Below, one piece after another: positions 10,176 through 21,200 of a stretch of 64,000 bases of DNA; position 1 is the first letter of the stretch; the number at the start of each line of letters is the position of its first letter. Position numbers and translations under genes: made by a program. This DNA comes from an uncultured cyanobacterium (GTDB lineage: Bacteria; Cyanobacteriota; Cyanobacteriia; Cyanobacteriales; Nostocaceae). The stretch is taken from positions 32,001 to 96,000 of the forward strand of contig CAVUDP010000002.1 of NCBI GenBank assembly GCA_963740315.1. Reading direction: 5' to 3'. The notes beneath the pieces were generated by a model. That model saw nothing but the letters and a program-made list of their open reading frames with translations, searched no databases and had not been told where the DNA came from.

Positions 10176-10353
10176 ATTGTTAAGAAGATATTTCCCCATT
10201 CCCTCATAGGGAAGGGGGCTAGGGGGTGGCGGTTTGCAGTGCATAAGAATACTTTTAAATCCTCTAACTGATAATTGTTGATTGATAATTGTTAAGAAGA
10301 TATTTCCCCATTCCCTCATAGGGAAGGGGGCTAGGGGGTGGCGGTTTGCAGTG
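10176..10353. repeat. Direct duplication (~66 bp) of a palindromic element CCCCATTCCCTCATAGGGAAGGGGG...
   Basis: Two identical copies at ~10176-10241 and ~10288-10353; related CCCCCCTT..AAGGGGGG hairpin at 10414..10442. Confidence 0.8.
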
Positions 10354-10470
10354 AATAACAATACCAGGACTTATGTAACCGCAACGAGAAAATAATTATT
10401 CTAACCGATTAGATCCCCCCAACCCCCCTTCTTAAGGGGGGCTTATTGTTCATTGATAACTGATAATTGA

Positions 10471-11112
10471 TTATTCCATCCAACCACGGTAGCCAGTAAC
10501 TAAACGGCTACCGTCTTTAAATATATGTATTTCAATTTGATCGCTAGCCCAGGAAATTTTGTCTTCAAAAGCTGGGTTAAATATACGCACGCGCTGATTG
10601 CTGGATGAAACGGGTGAATCGGGAGAATTAATTGCTAAAGATTCGATAAAAGGTCCGTCAATTAAAATATCTAATTGTTCTAATAGTTCTTTTGCGCCTG
10701 CTGGTGCTTGCTCCGACTGCAATTTTTCTAAAGTGAAGCCGGTAAAAGCCATTACATTTAACCCAGAAGCTTTGACTTTACTAGCTAAAGAAGCTAACTC
10801 AGTTGCTTGCCAAAAAGGTTCTCCTCCAGAGAAAGTAACTCCTTTATTACCCGGTTTGCTCAAGATTTTTTCAGCGAGAGAATCAACCGATTCAAGTTGA
10901 TTAATTTCAAATGACCAAGATTCTGGATTAAAACACCCCCCACAGGAGCGCTTGCAGCCTTGTACCCAGATAACAGCGCGACTCCCAGGGCCGTTAACTT
11001 CCGACTCATCAACGTAACCCATGATGTTTAAATAACCTCTTGGAACGTTTGCAGGGGAAAGAGATGGATCGGTTGACTTTATTTCCATTTTTTGCTCCTT
11101 TGGCTCCGTCAT
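10471..11112 (-). CDS. Radical SAM protein, NrdG/activase-like (single 4Fe-4S cluster)
   Basis: NGPGSRAVIWVQGC, CKRSCGGCFN (CxxxCxxC), SGGEPF, DILIDGPF, SSNQR. Confidence 0.85.
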   Translation of the reverse strand: MTEPKEQKMEIKSTDPSLSPANVPRGYLNIMGYVDESEVNGPGSRAVIWVQGCKRSCGGCFNPESWSFEINQLESVDSLAEKILSKPGNKGVTFSGGEPFWQATELASLASKVKASGLNVMAFTGFTLEKLQSEQAPAGAKELLEQLDILIDGPFIESLAINSPDSPVSSSNQRVRIFNPAFEDKISWASDQIEIHIFKDGSRLVTGYRGWME

Positions 11113-11342
11113 CTTAATAATGGCAATTTTTAGTAGGAGAGCGCATCCGCAAAGTCTGCTTTATCCGATGTTATCGATAAGTTAAGTAAAAGGTTAAAGG
11201 TTAAAGCGAATAATTTCTCCCCCCTCTACCCCCTCTTCCCCCTCTTCCCCCTCTCCCCATCCCCCCATCTCCCCTCTCACCGTTTCGCAGTGACATCCGT
11301 CACTGTCGCATGATGATTTCTACTGGTAGCGTATAAAGCTAG

Positions 11343-11747
11343 ATTCAATCTTCGTTTTTTATACGTCAGCATGGGAGTGAAAATATTTTAATAAACGAAA
11401 TTAACCAAGCCGGTTTTGATGATGTTATCCGCAAACCCGTATCACCAGAAATTCTTTTACAAAAAATAGCCGAATATCTGAGTGTAAGTTATATTTATGA
11501 CCGAGTACCCTTATTAAGAAGTACTAGCCTATCCGAGAATTGGTTTCTTGAGGAATCAATCGCAATGCCTCAAAGTTGCTTGGCACAACTACATCAAGCA
11601 GCAAATGAAGTGAATGAAGATTTGTTGCAAAGTCCGATCCAAAAAATACCTGAAAATAAAGCATCTTTATCTGATTTGACGATGTTAATTAAAAATTTTC
11701 GTCTTGATATTATTCTCGTGTTTGCTCAGAAAATATTTGCTGGTTGA
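11343..11747 (+). pseudogene. Remnant of a hybrid kinase C-terminus (half receiver domain plus helical tail)
   Basis: The open frame upstream of the 11565 ATG reads AGFDDVIRKPVSPEILLQKIAEYLSVSYIYD, matching the C-terminus of 19204..20034; no in-frame ATG and no N-terminal receiver half. Confidence 0.7.
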
Positions 11748-11816
11748 TGTAGGAAGGGAATAGAAGATGTACTAAGATTTTTTGATAATTGATAATTGAT
11801 AATTGATAATTAATTT

Positions 11817-14800
11817 ATGAGTGATACAAAAATACTTATAGTTGACGATCGATCGGAGAATTTACATTTTTTATCAGATATTCTGGTTAATCAAGGTTAT
11901 AAGGTTCAAAGAGCAATTTCCGGGCAGTTAGCGATTAATGCCGCAATCGCTTCTCCTCCGGATTTGATTTTGCTCGATGTGGTTATGCCGGATATGGATG
12001 GCTATACTGTATGTCAGCATTTGAAAGAAAATCAAATTACTCAGGATATTCCGATTATTTTTCTGGGCGTAATCGATCGAGTTTCTGAGAAAGTCAAGGC
12101 TTTTAATTTGGGCGCGTTTGATTATATTACTAAACCGTTACAGGCAGAAGAAGTTTTAGCTCGCGTCGAAAATCAACTACAGATTCAAAAATTACAAAAA
12201 CAGTTAAAAACACAAAATAATCAACTACAAAATATTACTGCACAATTAAGCGATCGCAATCAACAACAAATGTCTCGCGAAGCTTATTTGACGGCTTTGG
12301 TGGAAATTCAACGCATTTTACTGGGTTTTGATGGTAGTGCTGGTTGTTACAGCGAAATTCTCCGCAGTTTGGGGATTGCTTCCGGGGCTACTTCTGTATG
12401 TGTAGTTGAAAATAATCGTTCCCCAGTCAGATGGTGTACTAAGGTTGATACTGGGCAAAATTATAATTGCGATCGAGTTTTTCCCCGCTGGCGAGATTTA
12501 CTGATACAAGGCGATGTTATCTGTAGCTTGGTTGCAGATTTACCGGAAGCAGAGCGTTTGAGTCTGGAATTGGGTATTGCGATTTTAATTATCCCGATCG
12601 CGATTTTATCGGATTTCGGGTATATTCGTTTCGATCGTGCTGAAGCCCAAATTTGGGAAGAGTCGGAAATCGCATTTTTGCAAGCTGCTGCTTCTGCAAT
12701 ATCATTAGCAAAGGAACGTTTGCAAGCGGAAGTTACGTTACAACAAGAACTCGATCGCAGCCAATTATTACGAGAAATTACTGCTAAAATCCGTTCGGAA
12801 TTGGATGCGGGTTCAATTCTAAATACGGCAATTAAGCAGATAGGTTTGGCGCTGAATGTAAGTCGGGGAGCGATTATTAGCTATATATCTGAGTCAGTGC
12901 TTCAAATTACTGCGGCTTGTGAATATCTCGCTCCCGGCTATGATTCAATTGTTGAAAATGAAACTGAGGTAATTCCTCCAGTTGACGATCCCTATTTCAA
13001 ATTGGTGTTAAGCCAAGACAAAGCTGTTGCTACTGATGATGTCGAAAAAGAACCGCTTTTGCAAGAGGCTCTAACTAAATGTCGCAAATTCAATATTAAA
13101 TCGATGCTGGCGATCCGAACTTCTTGTAAAGGTAAAGCAAACGGTATAATCTGCTTGCATCAAGCTGACTCAAAGCGTCGATGGATGCCTGCTGAGATGG
13201 AATTGTTGGAATCGATCGCCGCACAGTTAGGAATTGCTATAGCTCAAGCTCAGTTGTTGGAACAAGAAAAACTGGCGCGTCAACAGCTTCAGCAAGAAAT
13301 TAATCATCGCTTGGAAGCTGAAGCTGCTTTAAAGAAGAGCGAAAGTAAATATAGATTGTTGATAGAAACATCCCAAGATATTATATGGTCAACCAATACG
13401 AAAGGACGTATTACTTTTGTTAATTCGGCAGTAAAGATTTTGGGTTACGAGCCGTTGGAGATGATTAACCGCTCTTTCACCGATTTTCTGTTAACTTCAG
13501 AGCTTGTAAAGGAATCGTCCGCGTTTGAGCGGGCTTCAAAGGGCGAACCGATTTTTGAAAGGGAAGCGATTTATTTAAATAAACGCGGTGATTCTGTGGA
13601 TTTGCTATATAGTTCCATGCCTTTGTTCGATGAGAAAGGTTGTGTAACTCAGATTATGTATACCTTGCGTAATATCACTGAAAGTAAAAAAGTGCGGCAA
13701 GCTCTGCTAACAAGTGCGGCAAAATTACGCAACAACAACTTTGTATTAACCCAACTGGCTAGAAATTCGGCAATTTACAATGGCGATTTAACGACGGCTT
13801 TGCAGAGGATAACTCAAGCTGCTGCCAGCAATGTTGAAGTAGAGCGAGCCAGCGTTTGGCTGTATGAGGAAAATGCTTCGGTAATGCGCTGCGTCGATTT
13901 ATTTGAGTTGAGTAGCGATCGCCATACGAGCGGTTGTTCTATAACAGTTGCAGATTATCCGGATTTCTTTATAACTTTGAATGCTGATGAAATCATTGCT
14001 ACTAATAATCCTTATATTGATATTAGAACCCAAGGATTAAAAGATTATCTCGAACTAAATAATATTACCTCTTTATTCTGCGTTCCCGTGCGTTTAGCTG
14101 GCGTAACTGCTGGAATGTTATGTTTGGAAGCGGTAGAAGAATTGCATTGTTGGACTCAAGAAGACCTAAATTTTGGACGTTCTTTAGGTAACTTAATATC
14201 TTTGACATTAGAAGCGCAATTGCGACAAGCAGCAGAAACCGCAAGTCGTTTGAGCGAGCAGAAGTTGGCTGCGGCATTCCGTTCGAGTCCCGATCCGATT
14301 TCTCTAAGTACTTTCCCAGATTTTACTTATATAGAAGTTAACGATAGTTTCTGTAAGTATTTTGGTTATACCCGAGAGCAGGTTGTTGGATATAGCGTCG
14401 AAAAATTAGGACTTCGGCAAGATTTAGAGCAATGTGATGGTTTAGCCAGACTTTTAGCTTCTCAAGGTAAAATTCGCAACCAAGAAGTAGATGTTCGCGC
14501 TGCTGGGGGAGAATTTAGAACCATGTTATTGAGCGCGGAGTTAATCGAAATTGATGCACGGCAATATATTTTAGCAACTGCACGCGATATTACCGAGCGC
14601 AAACAGGCATTGTTGGAAAATCGTTTGCTGTTGCAAGCAACCCAAGCAATTAGTCGAGCAATTAATATAAATAGTGCTATTAGTTTTATTCTGCGGTTAA
14701 TTTGCGAGCATATTAACTGGGATTTTGGGGAAGCGTGGATTCCTAGTAGCGATGGTAGGGTGTTGGAATATTGTTGGGGTTGGTATGCTTTGCAACATTT

Positions 14801-17800
14801 AGCCGAGGCTTGCAATTACAGCGAAACTATAACCTTTAGTAAAGGGATGGGATTACCGGGAGGCGTTTGGGAAAGCAAGGAAGCGTATTGGATAGAAGAT
14901 ATTTCTCAAATTTCGCAGACTAAGTATATACGCAAACAAGTAGCTTTGAAAGTCGGCTTAAAAAGCGGTTTCGCCGTACCGATTTTGAATGGAGGTGAAG
15001 TTTTAGCTGTTTTGATATTTGCCAAATGCAGTATTAACAGTCGGGATAAACGCTTATTGGAATTAGTCAGCGCTGTCGCCGCACAGTTAGGGGGATTAAT
15101 TAAACGCAAGCAAGCACAAACCGCCCACAGATATAGCGAGGAAAGGTTGCAGTTAGCTTTAAAAGCCAGCGATTTAGGATTGTGGGATTGGAATATTCGC
15201 GATTCTCAAGTTTACCGCGATTCCCGCTGGAAGAAAATGCTCGGCTATGAAGATGCCGAAATTGGTGAAGATGCTTTAAGTTTACGACGAATAGTACATA
15301 CTGAAGATTGGCATTTTATCCAGCAAGAGTTAAAAGCATATTTACAAGGAAAACGTCCGATTTATGAAGTAGAATTTCGGATGCGCTGTAAAAATCAAGA
15401 GTGGAAATGGATTCACTCTCGCGGACAAATTTTTGAGCGCGATGCTAATGGTATACCGTTAAGGATGACGGGTACTTATAAAGATATTACCGATCGCAAA
15501 CAAGCGCAGAATATTTTACAAGAAAGTGAAAGGCGTTTTCGGGCAATTTTTAACTCTAGTTTTGGATTTACGGCGCTGCTAAAACCAAATGGCAAAATAA
15601 TCTCGCTCAATCAAACCGCGCTTGACTTCTTTGGTGTAGAAGAAAGTGAAGTTGTAGAAAAACCGTTTTGGGAATCTTTAGGAAAGAAAATTTGCCGTAG
15701 TAAATGTAATCTACAAGAAAAAATTTCTCAAGCGTCAAAAGGTGAATTTATCCGCGATGAAATCGATGTTATTGATGTAAATGGCGCTGTATTAACAATT
15801 GATTCTTCTCTCAAACCAATATTCGATGAAAGCGATCGAGTAGTGCTGCTGATTGTGGAAGGGCGCGATATTACTCAACGTAAAACCTTGGAAAGGGAAC
15901 TAGCTGTAAGGGAAGCTCGATTAAATGCTTTTTTTAGCAATGCGCCGCTAGGATTAGCTATTGTAAATAGAGAATTAAAATGTATTCAAATCAACGAATT
16001 ACTTGCTGAAATTGACGGCGTATCGGTAGAACAACATCTTGGTAAAACCATTCGAGAAGTTATACCTCAAGTAGCTCCTACTATAGAACCATTTTACCAG
16101 CAAGTTTTAGCAACCAATCAACCAGTTATTAATATCGAAATCAGCGCTGATTTAATCAGTCAACCTGCGGTGATGCGTGACTTTCTAGTTTCTTACTTTC
16201 CCATCCCCGGTGAAAACAATATCCCCGCAGGAGTAGGAAGCGTATTAATAGAAATCACCGCCCTCAAACGCGCCGAAACAGCTTTACGCGAAAGAGAAGA
16301 AGCATTCCGCGCCATCTTTGAAAATGCTGCTGTCGGAATTGCTCAAGTCTCCCCGGATAGCAGTTTTATCAACGTTAACCAGCAGTTTTGTCAAATTGTC
16401 GGCTATTCCAAATCGCAACTTCTACAACTTAAATGTCGCGAAATTACTCACTCCGATTCCTTAGCAGAATATCTCGATTATTGTCACCAGGTTGCTAACA
16501 ACCAAATTGATGTATTTGCAATGGAAAAAACTTTTATCCGAGAAAATGGTGAGGTGATTTGCACAAATTTAACAGCATCGGTAATACGCGAAACTTCCGG
16601 AGAAGTTAAATATGTCATTGGAGTAGTTGAAGATATCAGTGACCGTAAATATGCGGAAAAACAAATGCGTTTAGCAACCGAACGCTTGGAATATTTGCTG
16701 ACTTCTTCCCCAGCAGTAATTTTCAGCCGTTTAACTTCGGGAAACTTCGACAATACATTTATCAGTAATAATGTTTGTGAAATCGTCGGTTATCAAGCAC
16801 AACAATTTTTATCCGATTCCGATTTCTGGATGCACCACGTACATCCAGAAGATTTATCAAAATTGCGAAAACAACTACAGGAAGCCTTAAACCAAGAATA
16901 CGCAACAATAGAATATCGCTTTTTGCACGGTGATGGTACCTATCATTGGTTACTAGAGAAAATACGGTTAATAAGAAGTCAAAACGGCGACCCTTTAGAA
17001 TTTGTTGGCTACTGGGTAGATATTAGCGATCGCAAGCAAACGGACTTAGAATTACAGTTTAGTCAGCGACGCTATCAAACCTTAGCAGAAGCCTCCCCGG
17101 TGGCAATTGTTAACACAGATGTTGATGGATTGTGTATATATTTAAACCAACATTGGAGCGAACTCACCGGACTTTCTATCGAAGAATCACTGGGGGAAGG
17201 TTGGGTCAAAATATTACATCCAGATGAGCGCGAACGAATTTATCAAGCATGGAAACGAGCGGTAAAAAAAAGAACAGTATTTAGTAGCGACCATCGTTTT
17301 CTACGTCCTGATGGTAAAATTTTGTGGGTGAAATCTCAAGCATTACCTGAAATTGACGATGATGGTAACTTTAAAGGCTATATTGCTACCGTAACCGATA
17401 TTACCGATATTAAAGAGGCCCAACAAGCATTATTAGAAAGCGCCGAAAGAGAAAGAGCGATCGCCACTACTTTGCAAAGAATGCGGCAAACCCTGGATAT
17501 AAAACAAATTTTTACCGCCACCACCGAAGAATTGCGCTCCTGTTTAAATTGCGATCGCGTTGTGGTTTATCAATTTAATTCCGATTGGAGCGGTAATTTT
17601 GTTGCCGAGTCGGTAGCAGAGGGTTGGAAAGCAGTAATATCTGAAGGTAAATGTGATACAGATTTGACTAAAGTTGTTTTAGAAGACGGTTGCATAACCC
17701 AAAATCTTAACAGCGATCTAAATCAAATGCCCGATACCTACTTGCAAAAAACCCAAGGAGGTAGCTATAGCAAAGGAGCAAGTTTTGTTTGCATTCCCGA

Positions 17801-20034
17801 CATTTACCAAGCTGGATTTAGCGACTGTTACGTTGAATACTTAGAGCAGTTTCAAGCCAAAGCTTATATAACAGTTCCCATATTTTGCGGCAACAAACTT
17901 TGGGGATTGCTTGCGAGCTATCAAAACGGAACACCCCGGCAGTGGAAAACCGGAGAAATCAGCATTGCAGTGCAAATAGGTAATCAACTAGGAGTCGCGC
18001 TGCAACAAGTGGAATTACTTTCGCAAACTAAAAATCAATCAGTTGCCCTACAGCAAGCCGCGATCGCCGCAGACTCAGCCAACCGCGCCAAAAGCGAATT
18101 TTTAGCCAACATGAGCCACGAATTGCGAACTCCCCTCAACGCGATTTTAGGCTTTAGTCAATTAATGAACCAAGATAAAACCATCACCGAAGAACATCAA
18201 AATTCCCTCGCAATAATTAACCGAGCCGGCGAACATTTACTCAGCTTAATCAACGACATTCTAGAAATGTCCAAAATCGAAGCAGGTAGAACATCATTAA
18301 GTATCGCCGACTTCGACTTACATAAACTTTTAGATAACCTGCAAGAAATGTTACGTTTCCGCGCTTTTAACAAAGGCTTACAACTGACATTTCAAACCGC
18401 AGCAAATATTCCCCGTTACATCACCAGCGACGCTAGCAAACTGCGTCAAGTTTTAATTAATCTCTTAGGAAACGCCATTAAATTTACCCAAAAAGGTAGC
18501 GTTAAATTGAGCGTCAAGATGGATAGATTGGGAGATTGGGAGACAAGGAGATTGGGAGATGGGGAGATTGGGAGATTGGGAGATGGGGAGATTGGGAGAT
18601 TGGGAGATTGGGAGATGGGGAGATGGGGAGATGGGGAGATTGGGAGATGGGGAGATGGGGAGATTGGGAGATTGGGAGATGGGGAGATTGGGAGATTGGG
18701 AGATGGGGAGATTGGGAGATTGGGAGATGGGGAGATTGGGAGATTGGGAGATTGGGAGATGGGGAGATTGGGAGATGGGGAGATTGGGAGATTGGGAGAT
18801 GGGGAGATTGGGAGATTGGGAGATGGGGAGATTGGGAGATTGGGAGATGGGGAGATTGGGAGATTGGGAGATGGGGAGATTGGGAGATTGGGAGATGGGG
18901 AGATTGGGAGATTGGGAGATGGGGAGATTGGGAGATTGGGAGACATAGAAATTACTACCCCCTCTACCCCCTCTACCCCCTCTACCCCCTCTCCCCCTCT
19001 CCCCCCTCTACCCCCTCTACCCCCTCTACCCCCTCTCCCCCTCTCCCCCCTCTACCCCCTCTACCCCCTCTACCCCCTCTCCCCTACGTCTGATCTTTGA
19101 AGTCACCGACACTGGTATCGGAGTTTCTGTTGAAGAAATCGAACTTTTATTTGAAGCCTTTAGACAAACGGATGCTGGTAGAAAATCGCAGCAGGGAACC
19201 GGATTGGGTTTAGCAATTAGCCGTAAGTACGTACAGTTGATGGGAGGAGACATTACAGTTGAAAGTACCCCCGAAGTTGGTTCAATATTTACTTTTGATA
19301 TTCAAGTAACTGTTGCTTGCCCACAGAAAACCGAAATTAATCAAAATAGCCCTCAAATAGTTGGTTTAGCAGTATCTCAAACACAATATCGTATTCTAGT
19401 AGTTGATGACCGTCCGGAAAGTCGTTTATTGATCGTAAAAATGCTTTCCCAACTTGGATTTAGCGTTAAAGAAGCTGCTAACGGAGTGCAAGCAATAACC
19501 GTATGGGAAGAATGGGAACCACATTTAATATTGATGGATATGCGAATGCCAACAATGGACGGATATCAAGCAACGAGAATTATTAAAGCCAGACAAGAAA
19601 TTATATCTGATAGTATTGTTGCCAAAAAAACGGTAGTTATTGCCTTAACTGCAAATGCTTTTGAAGAACAGCGAGAAGAAATTATAAAAGCCGGTTGCGA
19701 CGATTTAATTAATAAGCCATTTCCCAAAGAAACCCTATTAGAAAAATTAAATCAATACCTTGGAGTCAAATATTCATACGAAGAAGAAAGCTCTAGCTTA
19801 CAACTGACGACTAAATCAAAAGATATTTATACAACCGATAATTTACGTAAATTAATTTCACAAATGCCCCCCGAATGGGTAGCACAAATACGCCAAGCCG
19901 CAGCCCAATGCAGCGACAACTTAATTTTAGAACTACTAGAAAAAATTCCCTCAGAAAATACCCATTTATCACAAACCTTAAAACACTTAGCCGAAAACTT
20001 CCAATTTGACAAAATCCTCGAAGCAATTGATTGA
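11817..20034 (+). CDS. Giant hybrid sensor histidine kinase (REC-GAF/PAS array-CBCR GAF-HisKA-HATPase-REC), frameshifted within a repeat insert
   Basis: REC (LLDVVMP), multiple GAF/PAS/PAC domains, H-box SHELRTPLN and N-box NAIKFT are in the frame of 11817..19100. DTGIG, GTGLGL and the second REC are in the +1 frame from ~19090 to 20034. Confidence 0.88.
18520..18943 (+). repeat. Intragenic G-rich tandem array of 8-bp units ATTGGGAG/ATGGGGAG (~50 units)
   Basis: Seen directly; 24-bp super-period encoding GDGEIGRL. Confidence 0.95.
18954..19085 (+). repeat. Intragenic C-rich tandem array of mostly 9-bp units CCCCCTCTA with 8-bp variants
   Basis: Seen directly. Confidence 0.95.
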
Positions 20035-20035
20035 A

Positions 20036-20130
20036 TTTGGGAGTAGGGAGTAGGGAGTAGGGAGTAGGGAGTTAGGAGTTAGGAGTTAGGAATTAGCAGT
20101 TAGGAATTAGCAGTTAGGAATTAGCAGTAG
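20036..20130. repeat. STRR heptamer arrays (GGGAGTA, AGGAGTT, TAGCAGT)
   Basis: Tandem 7-mers typical of filamentous cyanobacteria. Confidence 0.85.
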
Positions 20131-20241
20131 TGCGTTAGCGCAGCATGTCCGCCAGGACATGCATCTTGCTCGCTATTTAACTACCCCCATCTCCCCTTGT
20201 CCCCTTTGTCCCCTTGTCCCCATCACCCCATCACCCCATCA

Positions 20242-20309
20242 CCCCAAAGGTTACTGAGCAGTTCGACGTAGCTCACTGTAAGACTTGTCGAAGTACTCCC
20301 CATCTCCCC
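20242..20309. repeat. Composite palindromic element AAAGGTTACTGAGCAGTTCGAC...GTCGAAGTACT (copy 1 of 3)
   Basis: Identical copies at 50620..50687 (inverted) and 61323..61390. Confidence 0.9.
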
Positions 20310-20418
20310 ATCCCCCCATCTCCCCATCTCCCTATCCCCCCATCTCCCCCTTCGGGTTGCGCCACTTCTCTCAACGGAGGGAACCTCCGCACGTTTTGGG
20401 CTTACCATCTCCCCCCTC

Positions 20419-20871
20419 TCATTCCTTCGCAGCTTGCTGGCGTTTTAAACCATCGATCGCATCACCTAATGCGGTGGTTAAACTTTGACGGGTTTGGGAA
20501 TGTTTGTCTTGTTCGGTTTTTAAAGCTTGTAAAAGGCGATCGCGTTCTTTCAAGGCTACAGTTAATTTGGTTTTTAAGTCTTCTACCCCTGAGAGTTGAG
20601 CTACTTCTTGTTGAATGGCTGTGGCTGTATCGCTATCGGGAAGAGTAGCATCTTCGATACCTTGAAGTTTTTGAATTTCTGCTTTGAGAGAGGCTATAGT
20701 CTGCTGAAATAGTTGAGAATCAGTACGGCGTTGTTCGGCTTCAGTGTTATAAAGTTTACGCCACTTCTCCGCACTTTCCCAAGTCCCAGATCGTTCGGCT
20801 TGAAGCTGTGCTATCTGCTGTTTTAAGCCTTGAATCTCCGTCAACCATTGTTGGGTTAAATCTTCACTCAT
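20419..20871 (-). CDS. Coiled-coil hypothetical protein
   Basis: Heptad-rich 150-aa ORF containing WRKLYNTEAEQRR, with ATG start. Confidence 0.75.
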   Translation of the reverse strand: MSEDLTQQWLTEIQGLKQQIAQLQAERSGTWESAEKWRKLYNTEAEQRRTDSQLFQQTIASLKAEIQKLQGIEDATLPDSDTATAIQQEVAQLSGVEDLKTKLTVALKERDRLLQALKTEQDKHSQTRQSLTTALGDAIDGLKRQQAAKE

Positions 20872-21017
20872 AGAATAATATCTGTATATTTTTTTATTCT
20901 TATTAGAAATTTTATTACTAAAAAATCAACTTATAAATATCATTATTTGGCAAGATGGGTAATTTATGACTCGCTACTTACTTTACTAAGTACTTGGGTA
21001 AAATTAATTGTAGATTT

Positions 21018-21083
21018 GTCATTGTGAGCGACAGCGAAGCAATCGCAAGACTCTGGGATTGCTTCGCTATCGCTCGCAATGAC
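21018..21083. repeat. Palindromic element GTCATTG...GCAATC...GATTGC...GCAATGAC
   Basis: Same family as the 38182..38484 tandem. Confidence 0.8.
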
Positions 21084-21200
21084 AGAAAGAATGAAGGCAT
21101 ACCCACTTATTCCTAACTCTTAACTCTTTCCCATGCCCAATTACCAACGTTGCACGATACTGACGTAGGATATTTAAATATATTGTTGTAAGAACGTTAT

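Noticed and set aside
10044..10361. Small ORFs 10044..10271 and 10173..10361
   Set aside because: Derived from the duplicated palindrome and TCAATTA repeats
18520..19085. Self-splicing intron or intein in the kinase
   Set aside because: No group I/II structure, intein motifs or encoded enzyme; only simple repeats
18446..19093. ORFs 18446..18946(-), 18536..19093(+) and 18559..18948(+) as separate genes
   Set aside because: They are stop-free by-products of the tandem repeat
19204..20034. Independent response regulator gene
   Set aside because: It starts within the G2 box, and the frame continues upstream through DTGIG; it is the kinase C-terminus
20214..20648. ORFs 20214..20648, 20223..20408 and 20285..20488, and likewise 50682..50894 and 61247..61507
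   Set aside because: They are translations of STRR or composite repeats, or antisense to real genes
20880..21200. Glycine riboswitch upstream of gcvT
   Set aside because: The structure present is a dispersed palindromic repeat; no aptamer consensus was recognised
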